This document shows positions 19,039 through 28,817 of a stretch of 64,000 nt of DNA, piece after piece. Each line of letters opens with the position of its first letter. The stretch's first letter is position 1. The position numbers and the translations under genes were made by a program. The notes under the pieces were generated by a model. It ran no database searches. It saw only the letters and a list, made by a program, of their open reading frames with translations, and was not told where the DNA came from. The stretch is from an uncultured Actinomycetes bacterium (GTDB lineage Bacteria > Actinomycetota > Thermoleophilia > Gaiellales > F1-60-MAGs149), in NCBI GenBank assembly GCA_963732645.1, contig CAVTAC010000011.1, positions 44,278-108,277 on the forward strand. Reading direction: 5' to 3'.

Positions 19039-19863
19039 CTAGGAGTGTTCCAGCGGAAGGTTTTGGTTGTCTAAAATCTCGCCCAGCGTGACCAGCTCGT
19101 CGTCCTCGCCACCTTCGAGGCGAACCATGACGCCGTCGAGCGGCACCTTGTAGGAGCGGACGACGCCGGTGCCCCGTGCGGTCTTGACCGTGCGGCCCAC
19201 GGCCGGGGCCCGGTCACGGAACGAGCGGTAGATCGGATGCTCGAACGCGAGGCAGCAGCGCAGGCGTCCGCAGAGGCCCGTGATGCGCCCCGGGTTCATC
19301 GGCAGGTCCTGGTCCTTCGCCATCCGCAGCGTGATCGGGTTCTCGTGCGACGGGAACCGCGTCGAGCACAGCTTGTCGCCGCACATGCCGCCGCCGCCGA
19401 CCTGCCGGGCGCCCTCGCGCGGCCCCACCTGGCGCAGCTCGAGCCGGAAGCCGAGCTCGCGCGACAGCTCGTGCCCGAGATCGCGCAGGTCGGTCTTCTC
19501 CTCGGCCCCGAAGGTCAGCACCACACGGCCGCCGTCGAACGTCATCTCGGCCGCGAACGGCTTCGCGGTGATGCCGCGCTCGCGCGTGACGCGCTTGAAC
19601 AGCGCCATCGCCGTGCGCGACTGCTCGCGCTGCAGGCGGCGCGTCTCCTCGTCCTGGGCCGAGACGCGGCGCAGCACCTTCTTCAGCGGCCCGAACACCG
19701 ACTCGGCCGCCACCTCGTGGTTCGGCTGGACGACGCGGCCGTACTCGCGGCCACGCGGCGTGTTGCAGACGACGCGCTCGTTCCAGGCCAGCTCGAGGCC
19801 GTCCGGATCGAACGGATACACCTGGCCGCCCTGCGAGAAGACGACACCGACGACGACGGGCAT
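19039..19863 (-). CDS. ricT: PSP1 domain / RicT (YaaT) family protein
   Basis: RLELRQVGPR, CG..LC, MAKDQDL..NP..ITGLCGRLRCCL; follows holB as in Bacillus. Confidence 0.9.
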   Translation of the reverse strand: MPVVVGVVFSQGGQVYPFDPDGLELAWNERVVCNTPRGREYGRVVQPNHEVAAESVFGPLKKVLRRVSAQDEETRRLQREQSRTAMALFKRVTRERGITAKPFAAEMTFDGGRVVLTFGAEEKTDLRDLGHELSRELGFRLELRQVGPREGARQVGGGGMCGDKLCSTRFPSHENPITLRMAKDQDLPMNPGRITGLCGRLRCCLAFEHPIYRSFRDRAPAVGRTVKTARGTGVVRSYKVPLDGVMVRLEGGEDDELVTLGEILDNQNLPLEHS

Positions 19864-19869
19864 GGGGTC

Positions 19870-20964
19870 CTAGAGGATGAGAGTGCCGCGCACGCCGAGC
19901 GCCACGGAGTGGAACAGGCGCTCGAGCGCGAGGCTCGGGGTCACGGGAAGCTCGAGCGACCGGCGCACCTCGCGTGCATGCTCGAGGACGACACCGGCAC
20001 CCTCCTCGCCGAAACGCTCTGCAAGCAGGGCGATTTCGGGGAGGCGGTCGGAGGATACCACCGCCTCGGGAGCCCCCACTGCGGCGACCAGGACGTCGCG
20101 CCAGTAGCCGGTGACGGCGTCGACCACGACGCGCACCTCGTCGGTCTCGCTGCGGCGACGGCGCCGCTTCGCGAGCGTCTCGCCCGCCTTCTTGACGCGG
20201 TTGCGCTCGCGCGTCGCCTCCCGCCCGCCGCCGACCAGTTCCAGCGCCGCCGCCGTCTCGGCCTCGACCTGCGCCTCGGCGGTCGCACCGGCCTCGCGGG
20301 CGGCGGCCATCACCTCGGCCGCGGCGGCGGCGGCGTCGAAGGTGTCGTCGATGGCGGCGTCGCGGGCCAGGTCGAACGCACGCTCGAACCGCTGCCGGGC
20401 GGCGCTGTCGGCATGCAGCCGGCGCGCCACCTCGAGGTCGCCGCGCGCGATGCGCGCGAGGTGCTCGGCATCCGCGCCGCCGCCGAGCGCCTCGGCGATG
20501 GCGGCCGTCGACGGCGTGCGGAAGCGGATGTGCTGGCAGCGGCTGTCGATGGTCGGCAGCATCCGCGCGCGGTCGTGGCAGACGAGCACGAACACCGCGT
20601 ACTCCGGCGGCTCCTCGAGCGACTTCAGCAGCGCGTTGGCGGCGTCGCGCCCCATCGTCTCGGCCTCGCGGATCAGGTACGCCCGGCGGGGCGCCTCGAA
20701 CGGCCGCAGGTGCAGGTCGCCGCGCAGCTCGCGGATCTGGTCGATCAGGATCGCCTCGCCCTCGGGCTCGACGACGTACAGGTCGGGGTGCTGCTCGGTG
20801 TCGACGCGGTGCTGGTCCGAGCCGAGCACCGCGGCGATGAACGCGTGCGCCGCGTCGTCCTTGCCCGAGCCGCGCGGGCCGTACAGCAGGTAGGCGTGGC
20901 TCGGATCGGCCGCCGCCAGCGCGAGCAGGCGACCGGCCTCCGGCTGGCCGTAGGGCTCACGCAC
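19870..20964 (-). CDS. holB: DNA polymerase III delta-prime subunit
   Basis: HAYLLYGPRGSGK, HPD, IDQIR, AANALLKSLEEPP, PTIDSRC. Confidence 0.92.
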   Translation of the reverse strand: MREPYGQPEAGRLLALAAADPSHAYLLYGPRGSGKDDAAHAFIAAVLGSDQHRVDTEQHPDLYVVEPEGEAILIDQIRELRGDLHLRPFEAPRRAYLIREAETMGRDAANALLKSLEEPPEYAVFVLVCHDRARMLPTIDSRCQHIRFRTPSTAAIAEALGGGADAEHLARIARGDLEVARRLHADSAARQRFERAFDLARDAAIDDTFDAAAAAAEVMAAAREAGATAEAQVEAETAAALELVGGGREATRERNRVKKAGETLAKRRRRRSETDEVRVVVDAVTGYWRDVLVAAVGAPEAVVSSDRLPEIALLAERFGEEGAGVVLEHAREVRRSLELPVTPSLALERLFHSVALGVRGTLIL

Positions 20965-21538
20965 CGAGCGCCGCCCAGACCCGCTCGGCCACGGTCGCCA
21001 CGTCGGCGTCGGCGTCGATGGCGACGACGCGCTCGGGCTCGTCCGCGGCGATGGCGGCGAAGGCGTCGGACACCGCGGCGCGGAAGTCGTCGGGCTCGCT
21101 CTCGATGCGGTCGGCCTCCGCGGTCTCGCGCGGCGTCGTCACCAGCACGACCGTGCGATCGGGCAGCAGGCCGCCGGTGGCGAACAGGCTGACCGCGCGC
21201 ACGAGGTCGCGGCCGAGCCCGCGGCCGCCGCCCTGGAACGCGACGGACGAGTCGATGTAGCGGTCGCAGATCACCCAGGCGCCGCGGGCGCGGGCCGGCG
21301 CGATCACGTCGGCCACCAGCTGCGCGCGGCTGGCCGCGAACAGCAGCGCCTCGGCGCGCGGGCTGACGTCCCAGTCGCCGTGGTCGAGCACCAGCGAGCG
21401 CACGTGCTCGCCCAGCGGCGTCCCGCCCGGCTCGCGGCACTCCACCACCTCGTGCCCGGCCGCGCGCAGACGCTCCGCCAGGAGGCGGGCCTGCGTCGAC
21501 TTGCCGACACCATCGAGACCCTCGAGCGAGACGAACAT
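20957..21538 (-). CDS. tmk: Thymidylate kinase
   Basis: EGLDGVGKSTQ P-loop, REPGGT, EALLFAASRAQ, DRYIDSS.AFQG. Confidence 0.95.
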   Translation of the reverse strand: MFVSLEGLDGVGKSTQARLLAERLRAAGHEVVECREPGGTPLGEHVRSLVLDHGDWDVSPRAEALLFAASRAQLVADVIAPARARGAWVICDRYIDSSVAFQGGGRGLGRDLVRAVSLFATGGLLPDRTVVLVTTPRETAEADRIESEPDDFRAAVSDAFAAIAADEPERVVAIDADADVATVAERVWAALGA

Positions 21539-21587
21539 TCGCAAGAAGGCTAAAGGGGCTCGGGGCAACCTGCCGAATCAGCTTCTG

Positions 21588-22100
21588 GTGTCGCACCCCG
21601 ACCACGTCATCCGGCTCGATACGGGAGCCTTCCGCGTCGCCCGCACGGCCCGCGTCGCGCGCGGTCTCGCGTACTGGATCGTCCTCGCGATCGCGGCCGC
21701 CGGCAGTCGCCGTCGGCATCGCCGTCCTGGCGACCACGCTGGGCCACGAGCCGACCGTCCTCGAAGGCCACCGCCGCGGAGATCGACGTCGCCGGCGCAC
21801 CCGCCCCCGCGACGACCGCGGTGGCCATGTGGAACGCCTCGCCGGTCGACGGCGCCGCGAACCGGCTCAAGATCCGCCTCGCGAAGCTCGGCTACCCGGC
21901 CGAGGCCGCGAAGTCGCACGGGCTGCCGAAGGGCGGCCTGAAGGGCACCTGGATCTTCTACGCGCCGGGCAACGCCGCCGCCGCCAAGGGCGTGGCCGCG
22001 AACCTCAAGGTGAACGCCGCCCTGCGCGTGCGGCCGCTCGACGGCATCAGCGCCCGAGGAGCTGGCGCCCGCCGTCGTGCTCGTCGTGGTCGGACACTGA
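21588..22100 (+). CDS. Membrane-anchored LytR C-terminal domain protein (frameshifted)
   Basis: N-terminal TM, then WNASPVDGAA...LG...IFYAPG...AK.VA..L...VLVVVG LytR_C pattern across frames. Confidence 0.65.
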
Positions 22101-23034
22101 TGCGGGCGATCGTCACCGGCGGCGCGGGCTTCATCGGCTCGCACCTGGTCGACGCGCTCGCCGCCCGCGGCGACGACGTGCTCGCCATCGACGACCTCTC
22201 CAAGGGCAAGCGCGACCGGGTCGAGGCGCCGTTCGCCGCCGTCGACATCCGCGACGCCGCGGCCCTCGAGGCCACCTTCGCCGAGCACCGGCCCGACGTG
22301 GTCTGGCACCTCGCCGCCCAGGCCGACGTGCGCCTGTCGGTGACCGACCCGGCCGCCGACGCCGCGGTCAACGTGACGGGCACCATCAACGTGCTGCAGG
22401 CCGCGCTCGACGTCGGCGCGCGGGTGGTGTTCGCCTCCACCGGCGGCGCCATCTACGGCGCGGACGCCGCGCGGCCGACGCCCGAGACCGCCGCCTGCGA
22501 GCCGGAGGCGCCGTACGGCACCGCCAAGCTGTGCGCCGAGGAGTACGTGCGCCTGTTCAACCGGCTGCACGCGACGCAGCACGCGATCCTGCGCCTCGGC
22601 AACGTCTACGGCCCGCGCCAGGACCCGAGCGGCGAGGCGGGCGTCGTCTCGATCTTCGCCGGCCGCGTCGTGCGCAACGAGGCGCCGACGGTGTTCGGCG
22701 ACGGCCTGCAGACGCGCGACTACGTGTACGTCGGCGACGTCGTGCGGGCGTTCGTGGCCGCGGGCGACGCCGGGATCGCGGGCCTGTGGAACGTCGGCAC
22801 CGGCCGCGAGGTGAGCGTCATCGACCTGATCGACGGCCTGGCCGAGATCAGCGGCGCCACCGATCGACGCCGCAGTTCGCGCCGCCCCGGCAGGGCGAGC
22901 TGCAGGCCTCGAGCCTCGATCCGAGCGCCGGCGAGCGCGCGCTCGGCGTGTCTGCATCGACGCCGATCGGCGACGGCCTGCGGGCCGTCTACGACTGGGT
23001 GCTTGCGGGCGAGCCGGTTCGCGGCACCCTGTAG
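22100..23034 (+). CDS. NAD-dependent epimerase, UDP-glucose 4-epimerase-like (frameshift ~22865)
   Basis: VTGGAGFIGSH, HLAAQ, STGGAIYG, PYGTAK, NVYGPRQ, GDGLQTRDYVYV. Confidence 0.9.
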
Positions 23035-23036
23035 GG

Positions 23037-24883
23037 GTGCGCGCCGCCGTCATCCCGCTGCTCGCGGTCGCCCTGGCGATCTCGCTCCTGGCCGGGCACG
23101 GCGGCCTGGACGCGCGCAGCGCCGCGATCGCCGAGGCCGGCGTCGCGGCCGCGTTCGCGCTCGCGGTCGTCTCGGCCTGGCGCCGCGGCAGCGTCGCGAT
23201 CCCGCACCCCGCGGTGCTGACCGCAGCGGCGGCGCTCGCCTCCTACGCGCTGCTCGCGATGGCGTCGGAGGACTGGTCGCTGTCGCCGCTCGCCTCGCGC
23301 CAGGAGGCGCTGCGGGTCGCGTCCTACGCGCTGGCCGTGCTGGCCGGCGCCGCGATCGCCGCCACCCGGCCGCAGCCCGTGCGCGCCGTGCTGGCGGTGC
23401 TCGGCGGGCTGGCCGGCGCGGAGTGCGCGTGGGCGATCGTCGCGCGGTCGTTCGCGGCGGAGTCGTTCGGCCTCACCGGCCGGCTGCAGGGCACGCTCGG
23501 CAACGCCAACAGCCTCGGGATGCTGGGCGCCGTGGCGGCCATCGCCGGTCTCGCGCTCGCCTCGCGGGCCCGGGTTCTCGGTCTCGCGCTCGCCTCGCTG
23601 GGCGCCTTCACGGCGTTCGCCACGTCGTCGCGCGCTGCCGCGGCGGCGACGCTGGTGGCGGCGGTCGTGCTCGCGCTCACCACCGACGGCCGGCCGCTGC
23701 GCCGCCTCGCGGTGCCGGCCGCGCTGCTGCCCGCGATCGTGCTCGGCACCTGGGCCTCGGGCTTCGCCGTCTTCGACGAGGTGGCCGGCGTCATCGAGCC
23801 GGCCGGCGTGGGACTGCTGCTGCTGGCGATCGCCGCGATGGTGGCCGGGCCGGTCGCGCTGGGCCTCGTGGCGGGCGCGACGATGCTGGTGCCGCGCGAG
23901 CGGCGAGCGTGGACCGAGCGGGTGCTGGTCGGCGGCGGGGCGGCGGCGCTGCTGCGTGCTGGTGGCCGTCATCGCGGCGCGCAACGAGCGCGGCGCCCCG
24001 GCCATCGCCGGCATCGGCCACCTGTTCTCGTCCAGCTCCAACTTCCGCACCAACTGGTGGGAGAACGGCCTCGACGCCTTCCGCGACGCACCGTGGCGCG
24101 GCACCGGCGCGGGCACGTTCCGCACCGTCGAGACGCTGGCCCGCGACCCGGCGCACGCCACGCTGTCGCCGCACAACGCGATCGTCGCCGCGCTGCAGGG
24201 AACCGGCGTGCTGGGCGGCATCGCGGTGGTGATCGCCGGGGTCGCGATCGTGCTCGCGCTGGTCGTCGGCGCCCGGCGCTCGCAGGAGCGCACCGCGGCC
24301 GTGGCGCTCGCCCTCGCGGCCGGCGTCCTGCTGCTGCACGGCCTCGTCGACGTGACGTGGGAGACGCCGGTGCTGGGCGTGATGATCTGCCTCGCCGCCG
24401 GGAGTGCTGCCGCCGGCGCGGCCGATGCGCGCGCTGGCGCCCGCCATGCGGTACGGCCTGGCCGCCGTCGGTGTGGCGATCGCGGCGCTCGTGGTGGTGT
24501 CGACGACGCGGTCTGCGGTGGGTGCCAGCGGCGCCACCGCGGCGGCCTCTGCCGCGACGCCGGTGGAGTCACTCGCACAGGCCCGCGACGCACTGCAACT
24601 CGAGCCGCGGGCGGCCGATGCGCACGTGGTGGCGGCGACGGCCCGGGCCGACCTCGGCGATCCCGTCGGCGCCCTCTCCGACCTCGTCGCGGCGCTGCGG
24701 CTGGAGCCGGACAACTACAACGCGTGGCTCGGCGCTGCTCGGCTCCAGGCCAGCGCCTTCGGCGATCGAGCCGGCGCGATCACGACGCTGAGACGGGCGT
24801 ATCTGGCGTCGGGTCAGCGGCGTCAGGTACGCATCGAACTGAACGCCGCAGAGCGCGACCTGGGGCTCCCTGTGACCCCCTGA
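23037..24883 (+). CDS. O-antigen ligase (Wzy_C) family membrane protein with C-terminal TPR (two frameshifts)
   Basis: RLQGTLGNAN, TSSR, R..WW..., G.GAGTF, PHN motifs, then ALQLEP / ALRLEPDNY TPR helices. Confidence 0.8.
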
Positions 24884-24913
24884 ACGGCTCTACGGCGGTA
24901 CACTGGCGCCCTG

Positions 24914-25511
24914 ATGACCTGGTTCACCAAGTCAATTCGCACCCTTCTGATCACCGCCTGCGTGCTGCTCGTCGCACCGGCAGCGGCCCTTGCCGACTGC
25001 GGTACGAACGTCATTGACGACTACCTCAAGGACGGCACGATCAGTGGCAGCTACTCGCAGGCCTGTTACAAGAGCGCGCTGCAGCAGATCCCCACGGACA
25101 TGGACATCTACACCGATGTCCGCGGGTCGATCAACGCCGCCATGAACAGCGGCGGCTCGGGCTCCGGTGGCACGCCGGCCGCGTCGAACGACAGCCGGGC
25201 ACGACCACCGAGAAGAAGCCGAAGCCGACGACCACCGACGCGGCACGACCACCGAGGAGGGCACGACCACCGACAGCCTCCTCCCGGTCGCGCCCGGCAC
25301 CACCGACGGCGGGCTGGTCGGGCAGGCGCTGAACGACATCGGCCCGAAGAAGGCCGACGAGGTGCCGATGCCGGTGATCGTGCTCGGCGGTCTCGCCGTG
25401 CTGCTGATCCTGGCCGGCGCCGGCGGGCTGATCGCCCAGCGTCGCAGCCGCCGCGGGCTGGAGGACGACATGCCGTCGTCCGACGCGCCCGGCGCCGAGA
25501 CGGCCAGCTAG
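24914..25511 (+). CDS. Secreted, C-terminally anchored protein with Thr-rich linker (frameshift ~25200)
   Basis: Signal peptide, Cys-pair domain (DCG...ACY), TTT-rich linker, VPMP + TM + RRSRR. Confidence 0.7.
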
Positions 25512-25535
25512 CCGCTCTCGCGCGAAGGTAGCGAG

Positions 25536-26384
25536 ATGAGCACCATCGCCATCACCGGGGCGACGGGGTTCGTCGGCTCGCACCTGCGCCCCGCGCTGGA
25601 AGCCGCGGGCCACGACGTCCGTCCGCTGTCCGTGCGCTCCGGCATCGCGCCGGCCGACGTGTCCGGGGCCGCCGCCGTCATCCACCTCGCCGGCGAGTCG
25701 GTGAGCGGTCGCTGGACGGCCGCGAAGCGCACCGCGATCCTCGAGAGCCGCCGCACCGGCACCCGCGCCGTGGTCGACGCCATCGCCGCCGCCGCCGAGC
25801 CGCCGCCCGTGCTGCTGAGCGCCAGCGCCGTCGGGTTCTACGGCGATCGCGGCGACACCGAGCTGACCGAGGACCTGCCCGCCGGCGACGGGTTCCTGAG
25901 CGAGGTCTGCAAGGTGTGGGAGGCCGAGGCCGCGCGCGCGACCGAGCACGGGACGCGGGTGGCGAGCCTGCGGTTCGGCATCATCTTCGCGCGCGACTCC
26001 GAGGCGTTCCGCCGGCTCGCGCAGCCCGCCCGGCTCGGCCTCGGCGGCCCGATGGGCTCGGGCCGGCAGTGGTGGCCGTGGGTGCACATCGACGACATCG
26101 TCGGCATCGCGCTGGCCGCGCTGGCCGACGAGCGGTACACGGGGCCGGTCAACGTCACCGCGCCGGCGCCCGAGCGGCAGCGCGACGTATCCCGCACGCT
26201 GGGCCGCGTCCTGCACCGGCCGGCGTTCCTGCCGGCGCCGCGGTTCGCGCTCAAGCTGCTGCTCGGCGGCTTCGAGGCCGAGCTGATCGGATCGCGGCGC
26301 GCCCTGCCCGCCAAGGCGTCGTCGCTCGGCTACACGTTCGCGCATCCGGCGCTCGAGCCGGCCCTGCAAGACCTGACGCGGTAA
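25536..26384 (+). CDS. TIGR01777 family oxidoreductase (YfcH-like)
   Basis: ITGATGFVG, HLAGE, SASAVGFYG, GFLSEVC..WE, G.GRQWWPWVHIDD. Confidence 0.92.
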   Translation: MSTIAITGATGFVGSHLRPALEAAGHDVRPLSVRSGIAPADVSGAAAVIHLAGESVSGRWTAAKRTAILESRRTGTRAVVDAIAAAAEPPPVLLSASAVGFYGDRGDTELTEDLPAGDGFLSEVCKVWEAEAARATEHGTRVASLRFGIIFARDSEAFRRLAQPARLGLGGPMGSGRQWWPWVHIDDIVGIALAALADERYTGPVNVTAPAPERQRDVSRTLGRVLHRPAFLPAPRFALKLLLGGFEAELIGSRRALPAKASSLGYTFAHPALEPALQDLTR

Positions 26385-26404
26385 GCGGCTGCGAGACTGC
26401 GCGG

Positions 26405-27844
26405 GTGCGCGACGAGCTCGCCCGCCTCCTGCGCCACTCCGCGATCTACGGCCTCGCCGGTCTGGCGAGCCGCATCGCGTCGGTCCTGCTGCTGCCCTTC
26501 CTGACGCGCGAGCTGGGGCCGTCGAGCTACGGGCGCATCGAGACGATGGTGGCGCTGATCGCGGTGCTCGTGCCGCTGCTGCGGGCCGGCGTGGCGACGG
26601 CGTTCTTCCGCTTCTACTACGAGCGCGAGCTGGCGCCCGACCGCGACCTGGTGGTGCGGACGTCGTTCTGGTTCACGATGCTCGGCGCCGGCGTGGGCCT
26701 CGTCGTCGGCGTGGTGGCGGCACCGGCGATCGCCTCGTTCGCGGTCGGGGACGACGCGTACGCGAACCTCGTCCGGGTCGCCTTCGTGATGCTGGCCGTG
26801 CAGCTGCTGTACGAGCAGCTGACCGCGCTGTATCGCGTCGAGGAGCGCTCCGTGGCGTTCACGGTGGCGAGCCTGGCGAACCTCGTGATCACCGTCGTGG
26901 CGACGATCGTGGCGGTGTTCGTGCTCGACGACGGCGCCACCGGCGCGCTGGCCGGCAACGCGATCGGCACCGCGGTGGTGCTCGCGGTGCTGATCTGGCA
27001 GCGCCGCGCCTCGCTGCGGCCCGCGTTCGACCGCGACCTCGTCCGGCGGATGAACCGGTTCGGGCTGCCGCTGCTGCCGGCAGGGCTCGCGATCTGGGTC
27101 GTCGACTTCGCCGACCGGCTGTTCCTGGGCCGCATCGTCGACCAGCACGAGGTCGGCCTGTACGCGGTCGGCGTCAAGATCGCGAGCGCGATGGTGCTGG
27201 TGCAGCTCGCGTTCCGCACCGCGTGGCCGGCGTTCGCGTACTCGCTCGAGGAGGGCTCCGAGGCGCGGCGGACGTTCGCCTACGTGCTGACGTACACGTC
27301 GCTGCTCGGCTGCTGGATGTCGCTCGGCCTCGGGCTGCTGGCACCGTGGCTGGTCGACTGGCTCGCCGCACCCGAGTTCGCCTCGGCCGAGCGGGTGGTG
27401 GCGCCGCTGGCGTTCGCCGGTGCGCTGCTGGTGGCGTACACGACGCTGTCCATCGCCGCCTCGCGCGCGAACCAGACGCAGCGCTACTGGCAGGTCGCCG
27501 TCGCCGGCGCCGCGGTCAACGTCGGCCTGAACCTGCTGCTGATCCCGGCGTACGGCATGGAGGGCGCCGCGGCAGCGACGGTCGCCGCCTACCTGGTGCT
27601 CGCCGGCGGCATGGGGTGGCTGGCCCAGCGGTTGTATCCCGTGCCGTACGAGTGGCGCCGGCTGGCGGTCGCAGTAGGGGTGGGCATCGTGCTGTACGCG
27701 GCCGGGCGGCTGGCCGACGCGCCGCTGGCCGGGGCACTCGTGCTGGCCCTGTCGTACCCCGTCGTGCTGGGGCTGCTCGGGTTCTTCCAGCCGGCCGAGC
27801 GGCGTCGCTTCGCCACCCTGGCCGCCAGAATGCGACCGAGATGA
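26405..27844 (+). CDS. Polysaccharide flippase (Wzx-like)
   Basis: HSAIYGL, FGLPLLP, DRLFL, VGLY..G.K, LIP.YG..GAA.AT; many TM helices. Confidence 0.87.
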   Translation: MRDELARLLRHSAIYGLAGLASRIASVLLLPFLTRELGPSSYGRIETMVALIAVLVPLLRAGVATAFFRFYYERELAPDRDLVVRTSFWFTMLGAGVGLVVGVVAAPAIASFAVGDDAYANLVRVAFVMLAVQLLYEQLTALYRVEERSVAFTVASLANLVITVVATIVAVFVLDDGATGALAGNAIGTAVVLAVLIWQRRASLRPAFDRDLVRRMNRFGLPLLPAGLAIWVVDFADRLFLGRIVDQHEVGLYAVGVKIASAMVLVQLAFRTAWPAFAYSLEEGSEARRTFAYVLTYTSLLGCWMSLGLGLLAPWLVDWLAAPEFASAERVVAPLAFAGALLVAYTTLSIAASRANQTQRYWQVAVAGAAVNVGLNLLLIPAYGMEGAAAATVAAYLVLAGGMGWLAQRLYPVPYEWRRLAVAVGVGIVLYAAGRLADAPLAGALVLALSYPVVLGLLGFFQPAERRRFATLAARMRPR

Positions 27845-28605
27845 CTCTCGACCTCCACGCACACGTGCTGGCGGGCGTCGACGACGGGCCCGACACGGTC
27901 GAGGACGCGCTGGAGCTGCTGCGCGCCCTCCAGGACGAGGGCGTGACGTCGGTCGCGGCCACGCCCCACGTGCACCCTGCGTACCCGACGACGGTGCAGA
28001 CCCGCGACGAGCGGCTGGCCGAGGTGCGGGAGGCCGCGGCGTCCGCCGGGCTGACGATCGTGATCGTGCCGGGCGGCGAGCTCGACCTCGAGTACGCGGC
28101 GTCGTACGACGACGACCAGATCCGCGCGTGGGCGCTCGGCGGCGGCCCGGCGGTGCTGGTCGAGTTCCCGTGGGGGCCGACGTGGCCGCTGGCGCTGGCA
28201 CCGACCTGCCGCGACCTGCGGCTGCGCGGGTTCCTGCCCGTCGTCGCGCATCCGGAGCGCGCGCGTCCCGTCCAGCAGCGGCCGGAGCGCCTCGACGACG
28301 TGATCGCGAGCGGCGCCGTCTGCCAGATCACGAACGGCTCGCTGGCCGGCCGCTTCGGCGAGACGGCGCAGCGCACCGCGTTCGATCTCCTCCGCGAGCG
28401 CCGCGGCCACCTGATGGCGTCCGACGCGCACGGCGCCACCTCGCGCCGTCCGTCGTTCGCCGGCGCCCGGGCGGCGCTGACCGCCGAGCTGGGCGCCGAG
28501 TACGCCGACGCCCTGGAACGAGCCGCGCCGACGGTCTACGAGGGCCGAGTCCCGCAGCTCCCGCATCCGGCGGAGCCGAAGCGGCGGGGGCTGTTCCGCC
28601 GCTAG
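27841..28605 (+). CDS. CpsB/CapC PHP-family tyrosine-protein phosphatase
   Basis: DLHAHVL.GVDDGP, ATPH, AHPER, ASDAH. Confidence 0.92.
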   Translation: MTLDLHAHVLAGVDDGPDTVEDALELLRALQDEGVTSVAATPHVHPAYPTTVQTRDERLAEVREAAASAGLTIVIVPGGELDLEYAASYDDDQIRAWALGGGPAVLVEFPWGPTWPLALAPTCRDLRLRGFLPVVAHPERARPVQQRPERLDDVIASGAVCQITNGSLAGRFGETAQRTAFDLLRERRGHLMASDAHGATSRRPSFAGARAALTAELGAEYADALERAAPTVYEGRVPQLPHPAEPKRRGLFRR

Positions 28606-28649
28606 CCGGAGGGCGTGCCGGCCTCCGCGGCCTCTCGCGCCTCCGGGCC

Positions 28650-28690
28650 GGGGTCTGACCCCAATCGGAGGTTTTCTGGGGTCAGACCCC
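28650..28690. repeat. REP-like doublet GGGGTCTGACCCC-N15-GGGGTCAGACCCC (copy 1)
   Basis: Two 13-bp palindromes in inverted orientation, intergenic; related copy at 42306-42347. Confidence 0.85.
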
Positions 28691-28780
28691 GTGTACAGGA
28701 CACGCGCGGAAGGCGCGCGGATCGCGCGACCTGTGCGGTTTGCGCGTGTTCCGTTGCGGACAATGCGTGTTCGGCGCGCC

Positions 28781-28812
28781 GCGGATTGTCTGACTAAAGT
28801 CAGACAATCCGC
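28781..28812. repeat. Perfect 15-bp inverted repeat GCGGATTGTCTGACT-AA-AGTCAGACAATCCGC
   Basis: Read directly; lies between convergent genes, 5 bp past the stop of the 28818 gene; shares the TCTGAC/GTCAGA core of the REP. Confidence 0.85.
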
Positions 28813-28817
28813 CCCCC

